Shown one piece after another: positions 31,350 to 52,152 of a stretch of 64,000 bases of DNA. How positions within the stretch are numbered: position 1 is the stretch's first letter; each line of letters starts with the position of its first letter. The translations under genes were made by a program, and so were the position numbers. The stretch is from the human T2T-CHM13v2.0 reference genome, Homo sapiens, in assembly GCF_009914755.1 (NCBI RefSeq), contig NC_060946.1; one strand, given 5' to 3'. The notes beneath the pieces were generated by a model. The model was not told the origin of the DNA. It saw nothing but the letters and a program-made list of their open reading frames with translations, and did no database searches.

Positions 31350-31474
31350 CAGTCCTTCCACCATGTGAGCTCGCAGTGAGAAGATGGCAGTCTATGAACC
31401 AGTAAGCACATCCTTACCAAACACCGAAGTATCTGCTTGTACTTTGATTTTGGACCTTCCAGCTTCCAGAACTA
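31350..31474 (+). mobile_element. MLT1 LTR fragment, cut at the BMP6 retrocopy junction
   Basis: ccttccaccatgtgag..gaagatggcagtctatgaacc..ttggaccttccagcttccagaact; the usual continuation (gtgagaaataaat..) is absent. Confidence 0.7.
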
Positions 31475-31475
31475 A

Positions 31476-33377
31476 ACTCTGACCTATTTTTTTTGGACAT
31501 TTGCATAGTGTGGGCCTCAGAAGGAAGCTGGCTGGAATTTGACATCACAGCCACTAGTAGTCTGTGGGTTGTAACCCCACAGCATAACATGGGGCTTCAG
31601 CTGAGCGTAGTGACAGAGGATGGAGTCCACATCCACCCTCTAGCTGCAGACCTGGTGGGCAGAGACAGCACTTAGGCTATGCAGCCCTTCATGGTGGCTT
31701 TCTTCAAAGTCATTGTGGTCCATGTGTGCATCACCAGGTCAGCCTCTGGCTGGCGTTGACAGCAGAGTTGTACTCACTTTACCCAGTCCCACTACGTGGC
31801 TCAAGTCTCCAGTACTTCAGATTACATCAGCAGCAAATTAAAAACAGCCTGCAGGAAGCATGAGCTATATGTGAGCTTCCAAGACCTGGATGGCAGGACT
31901 GGTTCATCGCACCCAAGGGCTATGCTGCTAATTACTGTGATGTAGAATGCTCCTTCCCAATCAATGGACATGTGAATGCAATCAACCATGTGATCATTCA
32001 GACCTTGGTTCACCTTATAGATCCTGAATATGTCCCAAAGCTGTGCTGTGTGCCAACTAAACTCAATGCCATTTTGGTTCTTTACTTCAATGACAATTCC
32101 AAAATCACCTTGAAAAAAATACAGAAATATGGTTGTAAGAGCTTGTGGATATTGCTAACTTGAAACCAGATGCTGGGGACACACATTCTGCCTTGGATTC
32201 CTTGGTCATAGCTGCCTTAAAAAACATACAGAAGCACAGTGGAGGTGGAGGGATAAGACTTTGAAACCATCTCATGCTGATGCCTTACTGCCCGAGAAAA
32301 ATTTTAACGGACCTTGCTAATAATTTGCTCACTTGGTAAGTAACATGAGTAGTTGTTGGTCTGTACTAAGCTGAGTTTGGTTGTCTGGTAACTACAGAAA
32401 CTTAAACTTAAAAGGTACCCCCCAAGCCCACCAAATTTAATTTTAGCTATAGTTCAAGCTATTTGGGTTATTAGTGAGTAAATAGGGAAAATAATCTCAA
32501 TGGAGTTAAATGTATTCTTGGGTAAAGTATCAGCTGGTTTATTAGTGTCTATCAAAGGTACATTTTACAGATAGTGAAAGTTGGGGAAGTAGGAATAACT
32601 CCTCTATTCACAGATTTCATTCCCAGGAAGGCAAATTTTATACTGGATCCACAGTCCAGGCCATAGCCCGGGCTCCTTGGGGATGCCTCTGTCTCAGTCT
32701 TTGCTGTTATGAGTTTGTGCTGGAGTTCTGTTGGTGTGAAAATATACTTATTTCAGTCAAAACAAACCATATCATTTTCACATCTCAGTCCTCCATTTGC
32801 TGTATTCTTTGCTAGTACCCAAAGTAGACTGATTAAACTTTGAAGTGAGGCTTAGAGGAGTGGAAAGCATTTGTGACAGGCTCCATGGTAACTGTGTAAC
32901 ATGTGAAAGCAATGCTGCACCTCTTCTTTATTGGAATGACTTTTTGACCAGCACATTAACTTGAGGACTGCCGACTCTAATATCTATTTCAGGAAAGCGG
33001 TGCTTTGTCTTTTTACTACAGAGCATACCACGTGATTGGGTTAGAACCAACAAAGGAAATAAAATGGGAAAGGGTGCCCCACCTTTAAGAATGGCTTTAG
33101 GGGGATGAGTGTGCCATTTATGAATGGAAATTATGATTTTCTCTTGTAGAAAGGAAGGCTCAGATTAAATTTTAGAATATTTTTAAAATATCTTTTTCAC
33201 CAACATGTACTGGGAAAGCAATTTCATACTAAACTGATTAAATGATAGTTTTATAATCTATAACTGCAGTAATGGTTTTTTTGTAAATATGAAGTATAAT
33301 TTATTTTATATCTGTTTTGCTGTAACATTGAAGGAAATACCAGACATTTTCTTTAAGTGTTTATTTAGAAAGTACCA
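31476..33377 (+). pseudogene. BMP6P1: BMP6 processed pseudogene (5'-truncated; 3' end missing)
   Basis: Intronless [80 protein letters not shown] with stops and frameshifts. Stop at 32156-32158, then about 1.2 kb of AU-rich 3'UTR ending abruptly at an L1. Confidence 0.93.
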
Positions 33378-39508
<6,131 letters not shown>

Positions 39509-41039
39509 GAGTCAGCCCCCTAGCCTGGCAGTGCTGCTCTACAGGCACCCTCAGCCCTGATCCCTTCACTGCACCTAGGGGACACAGTTTACAGGACTGA
39601 GTCAGTGGGACACCCTGTTCCTTTACATTCCCAGTCATGGGCTCAGATTCTGCACTTGTCTCACTGCTGGAGGGAGGAGCCTGCATCAGTCACCCTCAAA
39701 GAAGACATGAAGTTATTTCACCTGTAAAGGCAAGAAACTGTTCGCAGCACTGGGGGCAGGCTTGGGGAAGATGAGGTTTGTGAGGATGTTGAGAATTCAT
39801 GCAGCTCATCCTTCAGCCCTATAGCTTTCCAGAGAAGTGTATAATGGGGGTCACTAGGCATGTGAGTAACTGATTTGGTGAAAGATGCCACTTCAGATCA
39901 AAAGTGCATTTCCCCTTCCCCAAGGTGTCAGCAACACTGAAACATATTTGACTAACTTTATAGAGGAAGATTAAGATAGAGGATGAGAGAGACATAAGGC
40001 CTCAGGAATATCTTAGCCAATAGAAAGCCTGCTGGAAGATGCATTTCCAATATGATTAGACTGATTGAAAACCTTGAAACTAAACACTTCCAAAGGAGAC
40101 TGGGACCCATTTCTCCTGAGAATGACAACACAAAAAATAGTAGAGGAAACCAACAAACCAAAAGCAGACACTGTTTCAGATCTATTGAAAATCCTCAAGA
40201 TAGTCTCATAATATAATATTCAAAATATCTAGGATACAATTCAAAGAAACACTTGTTATATCAAGAAGTAGAAAAATTCACCATTTGAATGAGAAAAGGC
40301 AATCCAGACATCAACGCTGAGATGATTTAGGGCTGAAATTACCTGACAGATATATTGAAATCAGCCACCATAAAATCCTGTTGATGAGCAATTTCAGGCA
40401 TTCTTGAAACAAATGAAAAAGGATAAATTCTCAGAAAAAATAGAAGTCATAAAATCAAACTAAATATAAATACAAATAAAATAAATGAAAAATTTAAAAA
40501 TACCTCTCTGGAGAGACTCAAGAACAAGTAACTATGAAACTAAAATCCACGCATTAGAGAAGACACTTAACACTGTTAACTAGAGAAGCACAAACCATAG
40601 TTATCACAGCCCAGCAGGGCGAGCAATCAGTCTGCTCAGAAGTGAGAGGCCTGAAAAAAAACTCCTGGTGTCCCTGATGGTGAAATCTGGCCCCTGATCC
40701 CAGGGTTCCTCCCTCTTCGTGCTCAGAGGGCTAGACCTAGCAGTGAAGGGTTCCCAACCTCACCCTATGTGGCCCCTCCAGAAGGCAGAGCCCATTCTTG
40801 CTGATATTCCCGATCTCCAATAACACAAAGTCAAAGAGAATGTCTTAACCAGAGTACTGAGTCTTGGCCTATCTGAACATATTTCAAAGTTTAAATGTAC
40901 AGTGAGCATAGGATGCTGAGCAGAGGCCCCCTGGACAGTGGCTGGAGTTGGGAGCAGTGCAGGATGGAAGGACAGGTCAGGGGCCCTGAGCACCTGTACC
41001 TGCACCTGCACCTGCCCAGGGTGGACATGACTCCCACAT

Positions 41040-41053
41040 CCACCAGAGGGCGC
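41040..41053 (+). promoter_or_regulatory. CTCF motif upstream of IGLV6-57
   Basis: CCACCAGAGGGCGC, a full match to the CCASYAGRKGGCRS core. Confidence 0.75.
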
Positions 41054-41227
41054 TGTGGTCTAAGCAACTAATCAGAGCTCCCCAGATCCTCTGCTGTTTT
41101 CCCTCCACCTGCTGGTGTTTCTGTGCCCTCCAGATGGTGTTGCTCCTCCCCCTTCTATGACCACTTTTCAGCCATAACCTTGTCTGAGGTCAAAGGAGGG
41201 GGTTGTGCAACCTCCAGAAAGGGAGAA

Positions 41228-41273
41228 ATTTGCATGGAGCCCTACCACTCTGAGGATACGCGTGACAGATAAG
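41228..41273 (+). promoter_or_regulatory. IGLV6-57 promoter: octamer + TATA-like
   Basis: ATTTGCAT 41228-41235; GATAAG 41268-41273. Confidence 0.9.
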
Positions 41274-41334
41274 AAGGGCTGGTGGGATCAGTCCTGGTGG
41301 TAGCTCAGGAAGCAGAGCCTGGAGCATCTCCACT

Positions 41335-41903
<569 letters not shown>

Positions 41904-42084
41904 TAGCTCTCCCATCTCTCCTGTCTAAGTGCTTGAGGTGAACTTTGCTTATGACTTCCTCTTTTCCTTTTCAAAATACCAATCTGTTTTTCCACACCTT
42001 GATGGCTGATTTTCTGATATGTGCACGATCAATTGTGGGATAAATGTAGTTTATAATCGGGTCTCTGAGCCACACCATGATTGA

Positions 42085-42252
42085 TGTTCTGGTTGGGGCT
42101 GCCTTGCACAGTATAAGTTATTGACTTGCATCTCTGGCCTCTACCCTTAGATACTATTAACACCCTCCCCTCATTTGTGACAACAAGACTGTCTTGAGAC
42201 ACTGCCACATGTCCCATGCTTGGGGACAAAATCAGCCCAGGTTGAGATACTC
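42085..42252. mobile_element. MER20-like hAT MITE
   Basis: ctggcctctaccc..tagat..tgtgacaac..gacactgccacatgtccc..ggacaaaatc..ggttgaga. Confidence 0.7.
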
Positions 42253-42521
42253 AGTTAAAGAGCATGTCTTCAGCTACTAAGAAGCTTGGCTTTGAAATGT
42301 GTTTATGCCATTCTGCTGAGCATGAGGCTGGTTTTCTAATTTTTGTTTCTGGTTCCCATCTATGAGACAAAACAATAACACCAAACTTCAATGTTTTGAT
42401 GGTTGAATGGTTTTTCCAAGCAACAAGAAGTCAGAGATTGTGCTACTTAGAGGTGTAGAAGCCCTAACCAGATCCTGTAACACAGAGTTTAGCTCTGACT
42501 AGGACAGCACACAATGCCTTC

Positions 42522-42744
42522 CATCAATCTCCAACCCACAGCCCGCAGGCTGCATGCAGCCCAGAAAGGCTTTGAATGTGGCCCAACACAAATTTGTAAA
42601 CTTTCATAAAACATTATGATTTTTCTGCAATTTTCTATAGCTCACCAGCTATTGATACTAACAGTTAGTATCAGTTTTATGTGTGTTCCGAGACAATTCT
42701 TCTTCCATTGTGGCCCAGGGAAATCAAAAGATGGGACACCCCTG
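42522..42744. mobile_element. MER30-like hAT MITE
   Basis: gctttgaatgtggcccaacacaaatttgtaaactttc..tgtggcccaggg..aaaagatgggacacccctg. Confidence 0.75.
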
Positions 42745-43196
42745 CTTTGCACTTTTGTACAATGCACATGGAAATATAATAGAGCCTTCTTCCTTCTAAG
42801 GTCATGTGACTCAGCCATTGAAAGGTGGAAGTGCTGAAATGAGCTCCATATGAACGGACCTTGAAAAATTATGCTCAGTGAAAGGAACAAATGCAAATAT
42901 CTAGAAATGAAATGTCTGGAAATGACTGTATTTATAACAAATGTCCATGATACGTAAATTCATGGAGGCTGAAAAGATCGAGATTATCCTCAAACCTTGT
43001 GATAATTTAGGTGAAAAGGATGATTTCAGAATTGGATAGAAAGTGATCTACTTCAAAAATAAGCTGGAAATGCCTCCACGAACAGAGGCGATGCTTTGCG
43101 GAATCCTAGGTGGAGAAGTGTGTCAGGTGCAGATGAGGTCTTTAAGAATACTTCTTGTTTTGTTTTGTAAAATTAAATATGAATAAGAACACTGTG

Positions 43197-43531
<335 letters not shown>

Positions 43532-44095
43532 TCAGGTCATTTCCTGCAGTCTCTAAGAACAGTCCGCCTGGCTTCCCCATCTCCTCCCTGAGCGCCAGCA
43601 TCTGGGGCGTGAACAGCACAATCAAGGCCACACCTGTGAGACCCTCAGTGCGTCAGCAGAGCTGTGTCCTGGTGATGTCAAGGGACACGGGGTCAGCAGG
43701 GGACCTGTGAGGCTGTCTCAGGGGGTGAGCATGTCTGGCCCTGCCAGCTGGGAAGGCCCTCAGGAGGTTGAGGGGAGCTGAGCACACAGTGAGCTCACTG
43801 AGCTGAGATGGGAAGTGACTGCAGCTGTCAGGACCTTCAGGGACACTCAGTCTAGGATCAGGCTCTCTCACCCTGTGGGGCCTGGTTCAGGTCAACTCCT
43901 CATCCTCCTCTTCTTCCTCCAGACAAGAGAGACATTGCCTATGGCTGAGGGGTCCTGGAGGTGATCCGGGTGCAGGGACTTATTTGAATGTAGGAAATTC
44001 TCTCCCAGTGAGACCTGTAGAGACTAAAAGAGCGTTAGGAACATTCACTGTTACGGCTGGAGTCTTAGGGTGCAGATCTCTTGAGCACCTGCACC

Positions 44096-44555
44096 ATGGC
44101 TTGGCCCCTCTGCTTTTTGACCTCTTCCCTCCCTGCCCAGCTGAGGCACATCCTGCTCTGGGGAGAAGGGTCTATGCGGTCCTCAGCCCACCTCTGCTCC
44201 ACTCCCTTTCTCACAGGGCTCATTGTTTTCTCTTTCTCTCCACCCTCCTGGGTCTGTGGTCCACATGGCACTGACAGCCTCTTTCACTGACCAAGCCTCC
44301 GGGACTGACAATTACAATCACCCACCCTGGAAACAGCCATAATACTGTCAATCAAGGCACAGCTTGGATTCAGGAGCACCTGGGACATGTCCCCAAACCT
44401 CAGACCCAGAGGGGGTAACAACCATCCCTCAGGGACCTCAGGGAATTTCCCAGCCCCATGTTAGGCAGTTTGGCCTCCCTGGCCATCTCTGGGCTCCAGG
44501 CTGGCGACGGTGCTGATTTTCACTATTTAGCACAGAATGGCAGCCTCGCTGATTA
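44096..44555 (+). pseudogene. IGLV(I)-56: IGLV clan I (IGLV10-like) pseudogene
   Basis: Octamer variant ATTTGAAT 43982-43989. Leader ATGGCTTGG with a mutated donor. V body GNSHNTVNQGTAWIQEHLGHVPK..LASLAISGLQAGDGADF resembles IGLV10-54; no RSS. Name assigned from position. Confidence 0.8.
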
Positions 44556-44572
44556 TTCTCTGATTATCTGGA

Positions 44573-44867
44573 TGCTCTGTGACTCCTTCTGTGCATCTCT
44601 GGGATCATCATTCAGACTCACCTGCACCCTGAGCAGTAACATCAATGTTGTTTGCTATGACATTTACTGGAAACATGACAGGGCAGGGAGCCTTCCCTCC
44701 CTGGTATCTACTGAGATTCTACTGAGATTCAAGCAGAACCAGGGCTCAGGGTCCCCAGCCTCTTCTCCGTGTGAGTGGGTGCCGTCGCCAGTGCTGAGGT
44801 TTTCCATATCTTTGGTCTCAAGCTTGAGGATGAGGCTACTCATGGCACAGTAGTGCCTCTCACAGTG
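44573..44867 (+). pseudogene. Leaderless IGLV5-like V relic fused to IGLV(I)-56
   Basis: ASLGSSFRLTCTLSSNINVVCYDIYW..KQNQGSG..EDEA..WHSSAS followed by CACAGTG at 44861-44867; no nonamer. Confidence 0.85.
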
Positions 44868-45705
44868 CCATGGATGGGATGTTCTCTCTAAAATAGAAGT
44901 CTTTTTTTTTTTTTAGTTTGGCCCCTTTGATAAGTAGATTCTATAATAATTAAAGAAAAAAAGTAATGTCTTTTTTGGAGGGTAGAAACACTGGTGAAAG
45001 AGAAACCGGGAAGGACTTGGCATGGGGGGTGGGTGGGCTTCAGGCCACGGCTCTGACCCCCACGAAAGGAGAGAAGGAAGGGGGATTAGTAGGAACTGCC
45101 CCAGCCCACAGGCAGGTCAGACGTCAGACAAAGCCTCAGCCGACTGAGTGGGTTCTTTCCCAGGGGTGCCCATTAGAAGTGCCCTGCTTCCTGCAGGAAG
45201 ACCTGGCTGGAGGGACCCTGGGGTCCTCATTGCCTGGAGCCAGCCCAGGGGCAGGGGACATGTTAGTCACTTGTGGTCCTCCTGCAGGTTCTCCCAAAGA
45301 GGCATCTGAGTGGGACACTTCCATAGCCGCCACCAGCACTGCTGCTGCATTCCCCCTCAGGACAGGGGTAGTGCCTTCCTTCCCTGGCTCATCTACCTGA
45401 GCCCCATGTGAAGTCAAAGCTTAGGTGTCTCAGGGCTTTCCCCCAACAGGCCCTGCAGCCACTGAGACCCTTATATACCCTGAGCTGCATGCTGTGGAGA
45501 GAGGGTCTGTGGAAGACCTTGGCTCTTAGCCATCGACTCCTCTGGGGAACACCATGAAATCCTCAGACTGGGGATGTCCTCTGGAGCCATCTTTATCCTC
45601 TTCTTCTTCCCAGTATCTCCTGCTCCATGATCTGGGTCCTGTCCCTGGCCCTGTTGCATCTCCAGTGTCTGATCCATGCCAGCCCTTCCTTAAATATGTG
45701 TTGAA

Positions 45706-45778
45706 CCCATTTCCCATTTGCCCAAGAAATGAGTGCTGGCAACGAGCTGCACTTTTTTTTTTCTAAATGGGAAATGGG
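45706..45778. mobile_element. piggyBac-family MITE (MER75A-like)
   Basis: 73 bp with perfect 14-bp TIRs cccatttcccattt / aaatgggaaatggg, internal gagtgctggcaacgagctgcac, and degenerate TTAA flanks (tgaa/tcaa). Confidence 0.8.
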
Positions 45779-46809
45779 TCAATAAATGAATGAATGAATG
45801 AATGAATGAATAACAACGCAACCTGAGTCTCCTGTCACATGGTTATTTTAAGACCTGCATTTTTCTTTACCCAGGAGGAAAATGAGTCCCTGCAGCTGTT
45901 ATTGCCTCTGAATTGAGCTAACTTGTTTCTACACTGTCATGCCATGGTCACAGTGGGACAGATGTACACCAAGCCTACCATAGCTTTCAGCCCTGCCCTT
46001 CCACCCGCCCCGCCTGTGGCAGTGATGGCATCAAGGCTTCCCTCAGAGTCGGCCTCTACCCACCACACACTCTGGGCCATCTCCTGCTCTCTGACAGCCT
46101 GGGGTTCAGTGATCCCTGTCCATGTGTCCTACCTCAGAGACACCTGCCACTCCTCCCCTTCCCTAATTTCTCTGCCATCCTGTTTCTCCAGCCTCCCAGG
46201 AATGTCCCCTGCCCAATCTCCTGTCTCAGGTTCTAGAACTTGTCCTGGAACTTCCCCAGAGCTGAGTCTCTAATAGGAGAGCTGATGACAGGCACAGCCG
46301 CGGTCAAGCCCTCTAGCCAGCAGATGGAGGAGAATCAGCCTGAGGGCCCTGTGCATCCTCCCTGCTGCACACCTGGGCCCATAGCCCCCTCCACCCTCCA
46401 TATGCTCCTGCAGCCCCCACCTCAGTGTCTGCCTCAGTGTCTCCTCCCAGCACCTTCCTCAGGAAGGGCCTGAGATCTTGCATGGTGTGTTTCCCCTTGG
46501 TGAACTCCTAGTCACAGCAGCATCCTGAGTAAGAGCCTCCTGGTGAAGAGATCGTCTTGGTGCTCCACCCTGGCATTGTGTCCTCAGCTCCAGGGCAGGT
46601 CACATGCTTTCCTGGACCAAGATTACATGCAGTCCACCCCTGCTGGCCCCTGCCCCACAGAGGGAGGCCCGGGGTCAGGGGTGGCACCAAGACCACAGCT
46701 CCACTGATCCCTGTAGGAATTCTTCCTGCATGTTTGAAAGACAAGAGTTACAGAAACAAAGCAGAGGGAAGATTCTGGATCATTGCAAAAGGAGAAATTT
46801 GCCTGCAGA

Positions 46810-46823
46810 CCAGCAGGGGGCGC
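46810..46823 (+). promoter_or_regulatory. CTCF motif upstream of IGLV11-55
   Basis: CCAGCAGGGGGCGC, the canonical CTCF core. Confidence 0.75.
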
Positions 46824-47105
46824 GGTGAGAACTTCTCTGTGTATTTCTGCAGGACAGGTGCTCACAGCTGGGGAGCCCTCAACTGACAGAGGCCCAGGGC
46901 TGCTCCTTCACTTCCTCCTGGGACTCTGCAGCCTTGTCTCATCTGTGCCTGGCAGAGTCCTCTACACATGACCCTGTGTGTGGTCCCAGCAGCTGCTGCT
47001 TTCTCTGGTCCCACCCGTGGGGCAAACTCTTGCTTCATGCCAGCCTCCCTGTCCAAGGGTCTGGTCCCTGCGAGTGCACCTGCGGGAGAGGCAATGGGGA
47101 AACAC

Positions 47106-47154
47106 ATTTGCATGGTCAGCCCCTCCTCTGTGAGCCCAGTGACGCTGGGATAAG
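47106..47154 (+). promoter_or_regulatory. IGLV11-55 promoter: octamer + TATA-like
   Basis: ATTTGCAT 47106-47113; GATAAG 47149-47154. Confidence 0.9.
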
Positions 47155-47211
47155 AGAGGCCTGGGGCAGCCCACCCCTAGGTCTGTGGCCTCAGAGGCAG
47201 CTGTGTCCACT

Positions 47212-47698
47212 ATGGCCCTGACTCCTCTCCTCCTCCTGCTCCTCTCTCACTGCACAGGTAGGGACAGGGCTCAGAGCCCAGGGTGGTCCCCAGCCTGATC
47301 TGTCCCTCATGGCTCAGATCCCTCAGCAGCTGCGCCCTGACCCTGCTCCTCACTGTGCTGTGTCTGTGTCTGCAGGTTCCCTCTCCCGGCCCGTGCTGAC
47401 TCAGCCGCCCTCCCTGTCTGCATCCCCGGGAGCAACAGCCAGACTCCCCTGCACCCTGAGCAGTGACCTCAGTGTTGGTGGTAAAAACATGTTCTGGTAC
47501 CAGCAGAAGCTAGGGAGCTCTCCCAGGTTATTCCTGTATCACTACTCAGACTCAGACAAGCAGCTGGGACCTGGGGTCCCCAGTCGAGTCTCTGGCTCCA
47601 AGGAGACCTCAAGTAACACAGCGTTTTTGCTCATCTCTGGGCTCCAGCCTGAGGACGAGGCCGATTATTACTGCCAGGTGTACGAAAGTAGTGCTAAT
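47212..47698 (+). CDS. IGLV11-55: Ig lambda variable 11-55 (open reading frame, defective RSS)
   Basis: Leader 47212-47257 ([15 protein letters not shown]), intron 47258-47375. V exon: [104 protein letters not shown]. Confidence 0.96.
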
Positions 47699-47733
47699 CA
47701 CAGTGAGACAGATGAGGAAGTCGGACAAAAACC
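47699..47733 (+). other. Aberrant RSS of IGLV11-55 (19-nt spacer)
   Basis: CACAGTG 47699-47705, spacer agacagatgaggaagtcgg (19 nt), ACAAAAACC 47725-47733. Confidence 0.93.
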
Positions 47734-48244
47734 AAGGTTTTAAGCTTGTCATTTTTACTGAACTGGTTAAGAACTTCAGTGGTTAATAAAATCACATTAA
47801 ATACTGGATTGTTGTTAAAAATGGTGGCACATTATAACTCTCTCCCATTTTTTTCACATAATGCCCATAGTGACTCTAAGCAGCTAAAATCAAAACACAA
47901 AAACTTATACCAATACTAAGAAATACTAACATTACTAACCAATTTCCACTAGTAAAAGAGTTGTGAAACAGCTGAAATACATCCAGATGGCATAATACAT
48001 AATACCACTATATACAAGAGTTGTATAAAATTATGTATCATGTATATATAAAATTATGTATCATGTATATGTATAATATATGAAATAAAATGTCAGCAGA
48101 CATTACCGTCTTCCCACCAGTAGCCAGCAATTCTGCCCTGCCTCTAGAATAAATGGTTACCATGGGTTGAATAGGTGAACAGCCCTGGCAGCTCTGCAGG
48201 ATGACTCTCACTGTTTGTTATTGTTTTATTTTTAAGATTGCTTT

Positions 48245-48542
48245 TCTTTCCTTTTTTTTTTTGAGGCAGAGTCTTGCTGTCAGCGAGGCTGGAGTGCAGT
48301 GCAGTGAGCTGGGCTCACTGCAACCTAAGCCTCCCTGGTTCAAACGATTCTCCTGCCTCAGCCTCCTGAGTAGCTGGGATACAGGCGTGCGCCACCATGC
48401 CTGGCTAAATTTTTTGTATTTTTTAGTAGAGACGGGGTTTCACCATGTTGGTCAGGCTGGTCTGGAACTCCTGACTTCGGGATCCGCCGTCCTCGGCCTC
48501 CCAAAGTGCTGGGATTACAGGCGTGAACCACCGTGCCCGACC
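48245..48542 (-). mobile_element. AluS (antisense)
   Basis: Poly(T) followed by a reverse-complement Alu dimer. Confidence 0.95.
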
Positions 48543-48623
48543 TCTTTTTTTTTTTTTTTTTGTTTGGTTTTGTTAGTTTAGTTTTGTTTTATCTCTTTAA
48601 CTTGACAGAGATGATCCATGTGG

Positions 48624-51163
<2,540 letters not shown>

Positions 51164-51691
51164 GATCTATGTGGCTGATAGAATTCTGACATTCCCCTCC
51201 AAATGGAAAGTGATGTGTTTCTTTAAAGTAAAGGTAGAGGAGTCTTAAATATAGGTGTTCCTGCCCCTATTGAGAGGTTTTCAAAACATGCTCTTAATTT
51301 AACGTTTAAATATACCAGAGTCTTAGAATGTGAGAATAATGAAATTGGTTTGTTTTAATTTTGTGATAATATTAAATCTACTGGAAAGAATATTCTCCTT
51401 TGAAAAGATTCTCAGCTCAGTGATCATAGAACCTGTACTTGCGTTTAATTCAATGAGGAAAGACATAGAAATGCCACGTTAATATCCTCATTTAGGTGGT
51501 TTCTCCCTTCACTGATCAGCCTATGAATGTGTCAATGCAGTACTCCCCAGTTTAGGCTTAGGTACTTATTGAAAGGATGCTGCCTGAGCATTTTTAATAA
51601 TTGCTATTTCAAGATCACATTTTGGCCGTGAGGCAGGCTGCCACTCACTTTAGGCTCTGCCTAGGCAGGAATGGGTCCTGGAAGACACATG

Positions 51692-51710
51692 TTCTCTCTC
51701 TCTCTCTCTC

Positions 51711-51757
<47 letters not shown>
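51692..51757. repeat. (TC)n(CA)n microsatellite
   Basis: Visible directly. Confidence 0.95.
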
Positions 51758-51760
<3 letters not shown>

Positions 51761-51830
51761 CTCTCTTCTCTCTGGGTACACATTATTCTGGACATCTTCA
51801 GTTTCCAGGATTCTCTATGTCTCCAGCTAG

Positions 51831-52152
51831 AAGTCAGGGCTTAGCCTGTGGTGATCCAGCCACCCTCAGGTTGAATCTCGATGAAGTCACAGGAACCACC
51901 AGTGGCATGGAGGGTAAGGGATCCTGCTATCAGGTTCAGCCAGGAAATGCTCTGGACACCTGCTGGTGGAAGAGTTTAATGCTGGGCAATCACAAGTCAG
52001 GTCCCTTCTTCCAGTCGGCAGTTCAGCCTCCCTGACTTTCTCTGGGTTCCAGTCAGTGCATGAGGATGATGGTGACATTTATTCAGGGGCAGCACAGCAG
52101 CCTCAGTCACCACCAACAGTCACTGTCATATGAGAAAATTAGATAGAAATTG
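51831..52152 (+). pseudogene. Highly decayed clan I (IGLV1/2-like) V relic
   Basis: A*PVVIQPPS (FR1), GTTSGMEG (CDR1), SCYQVQPGNA (FR2), GSSASLTFSGFQSVHEDD (FR3), SSLS, and a degenerate RSS-like tail. Confidence 0.7.

Noticed and set aside
44966-46760. Cluster of 90-144 aa ORFs in GC-richer DNA upstream of IGLV11-55
   Set aside because: Overlapping ORFs on both strands with low-complexity composition and no recognisable homology; expected by chance at this GC content.
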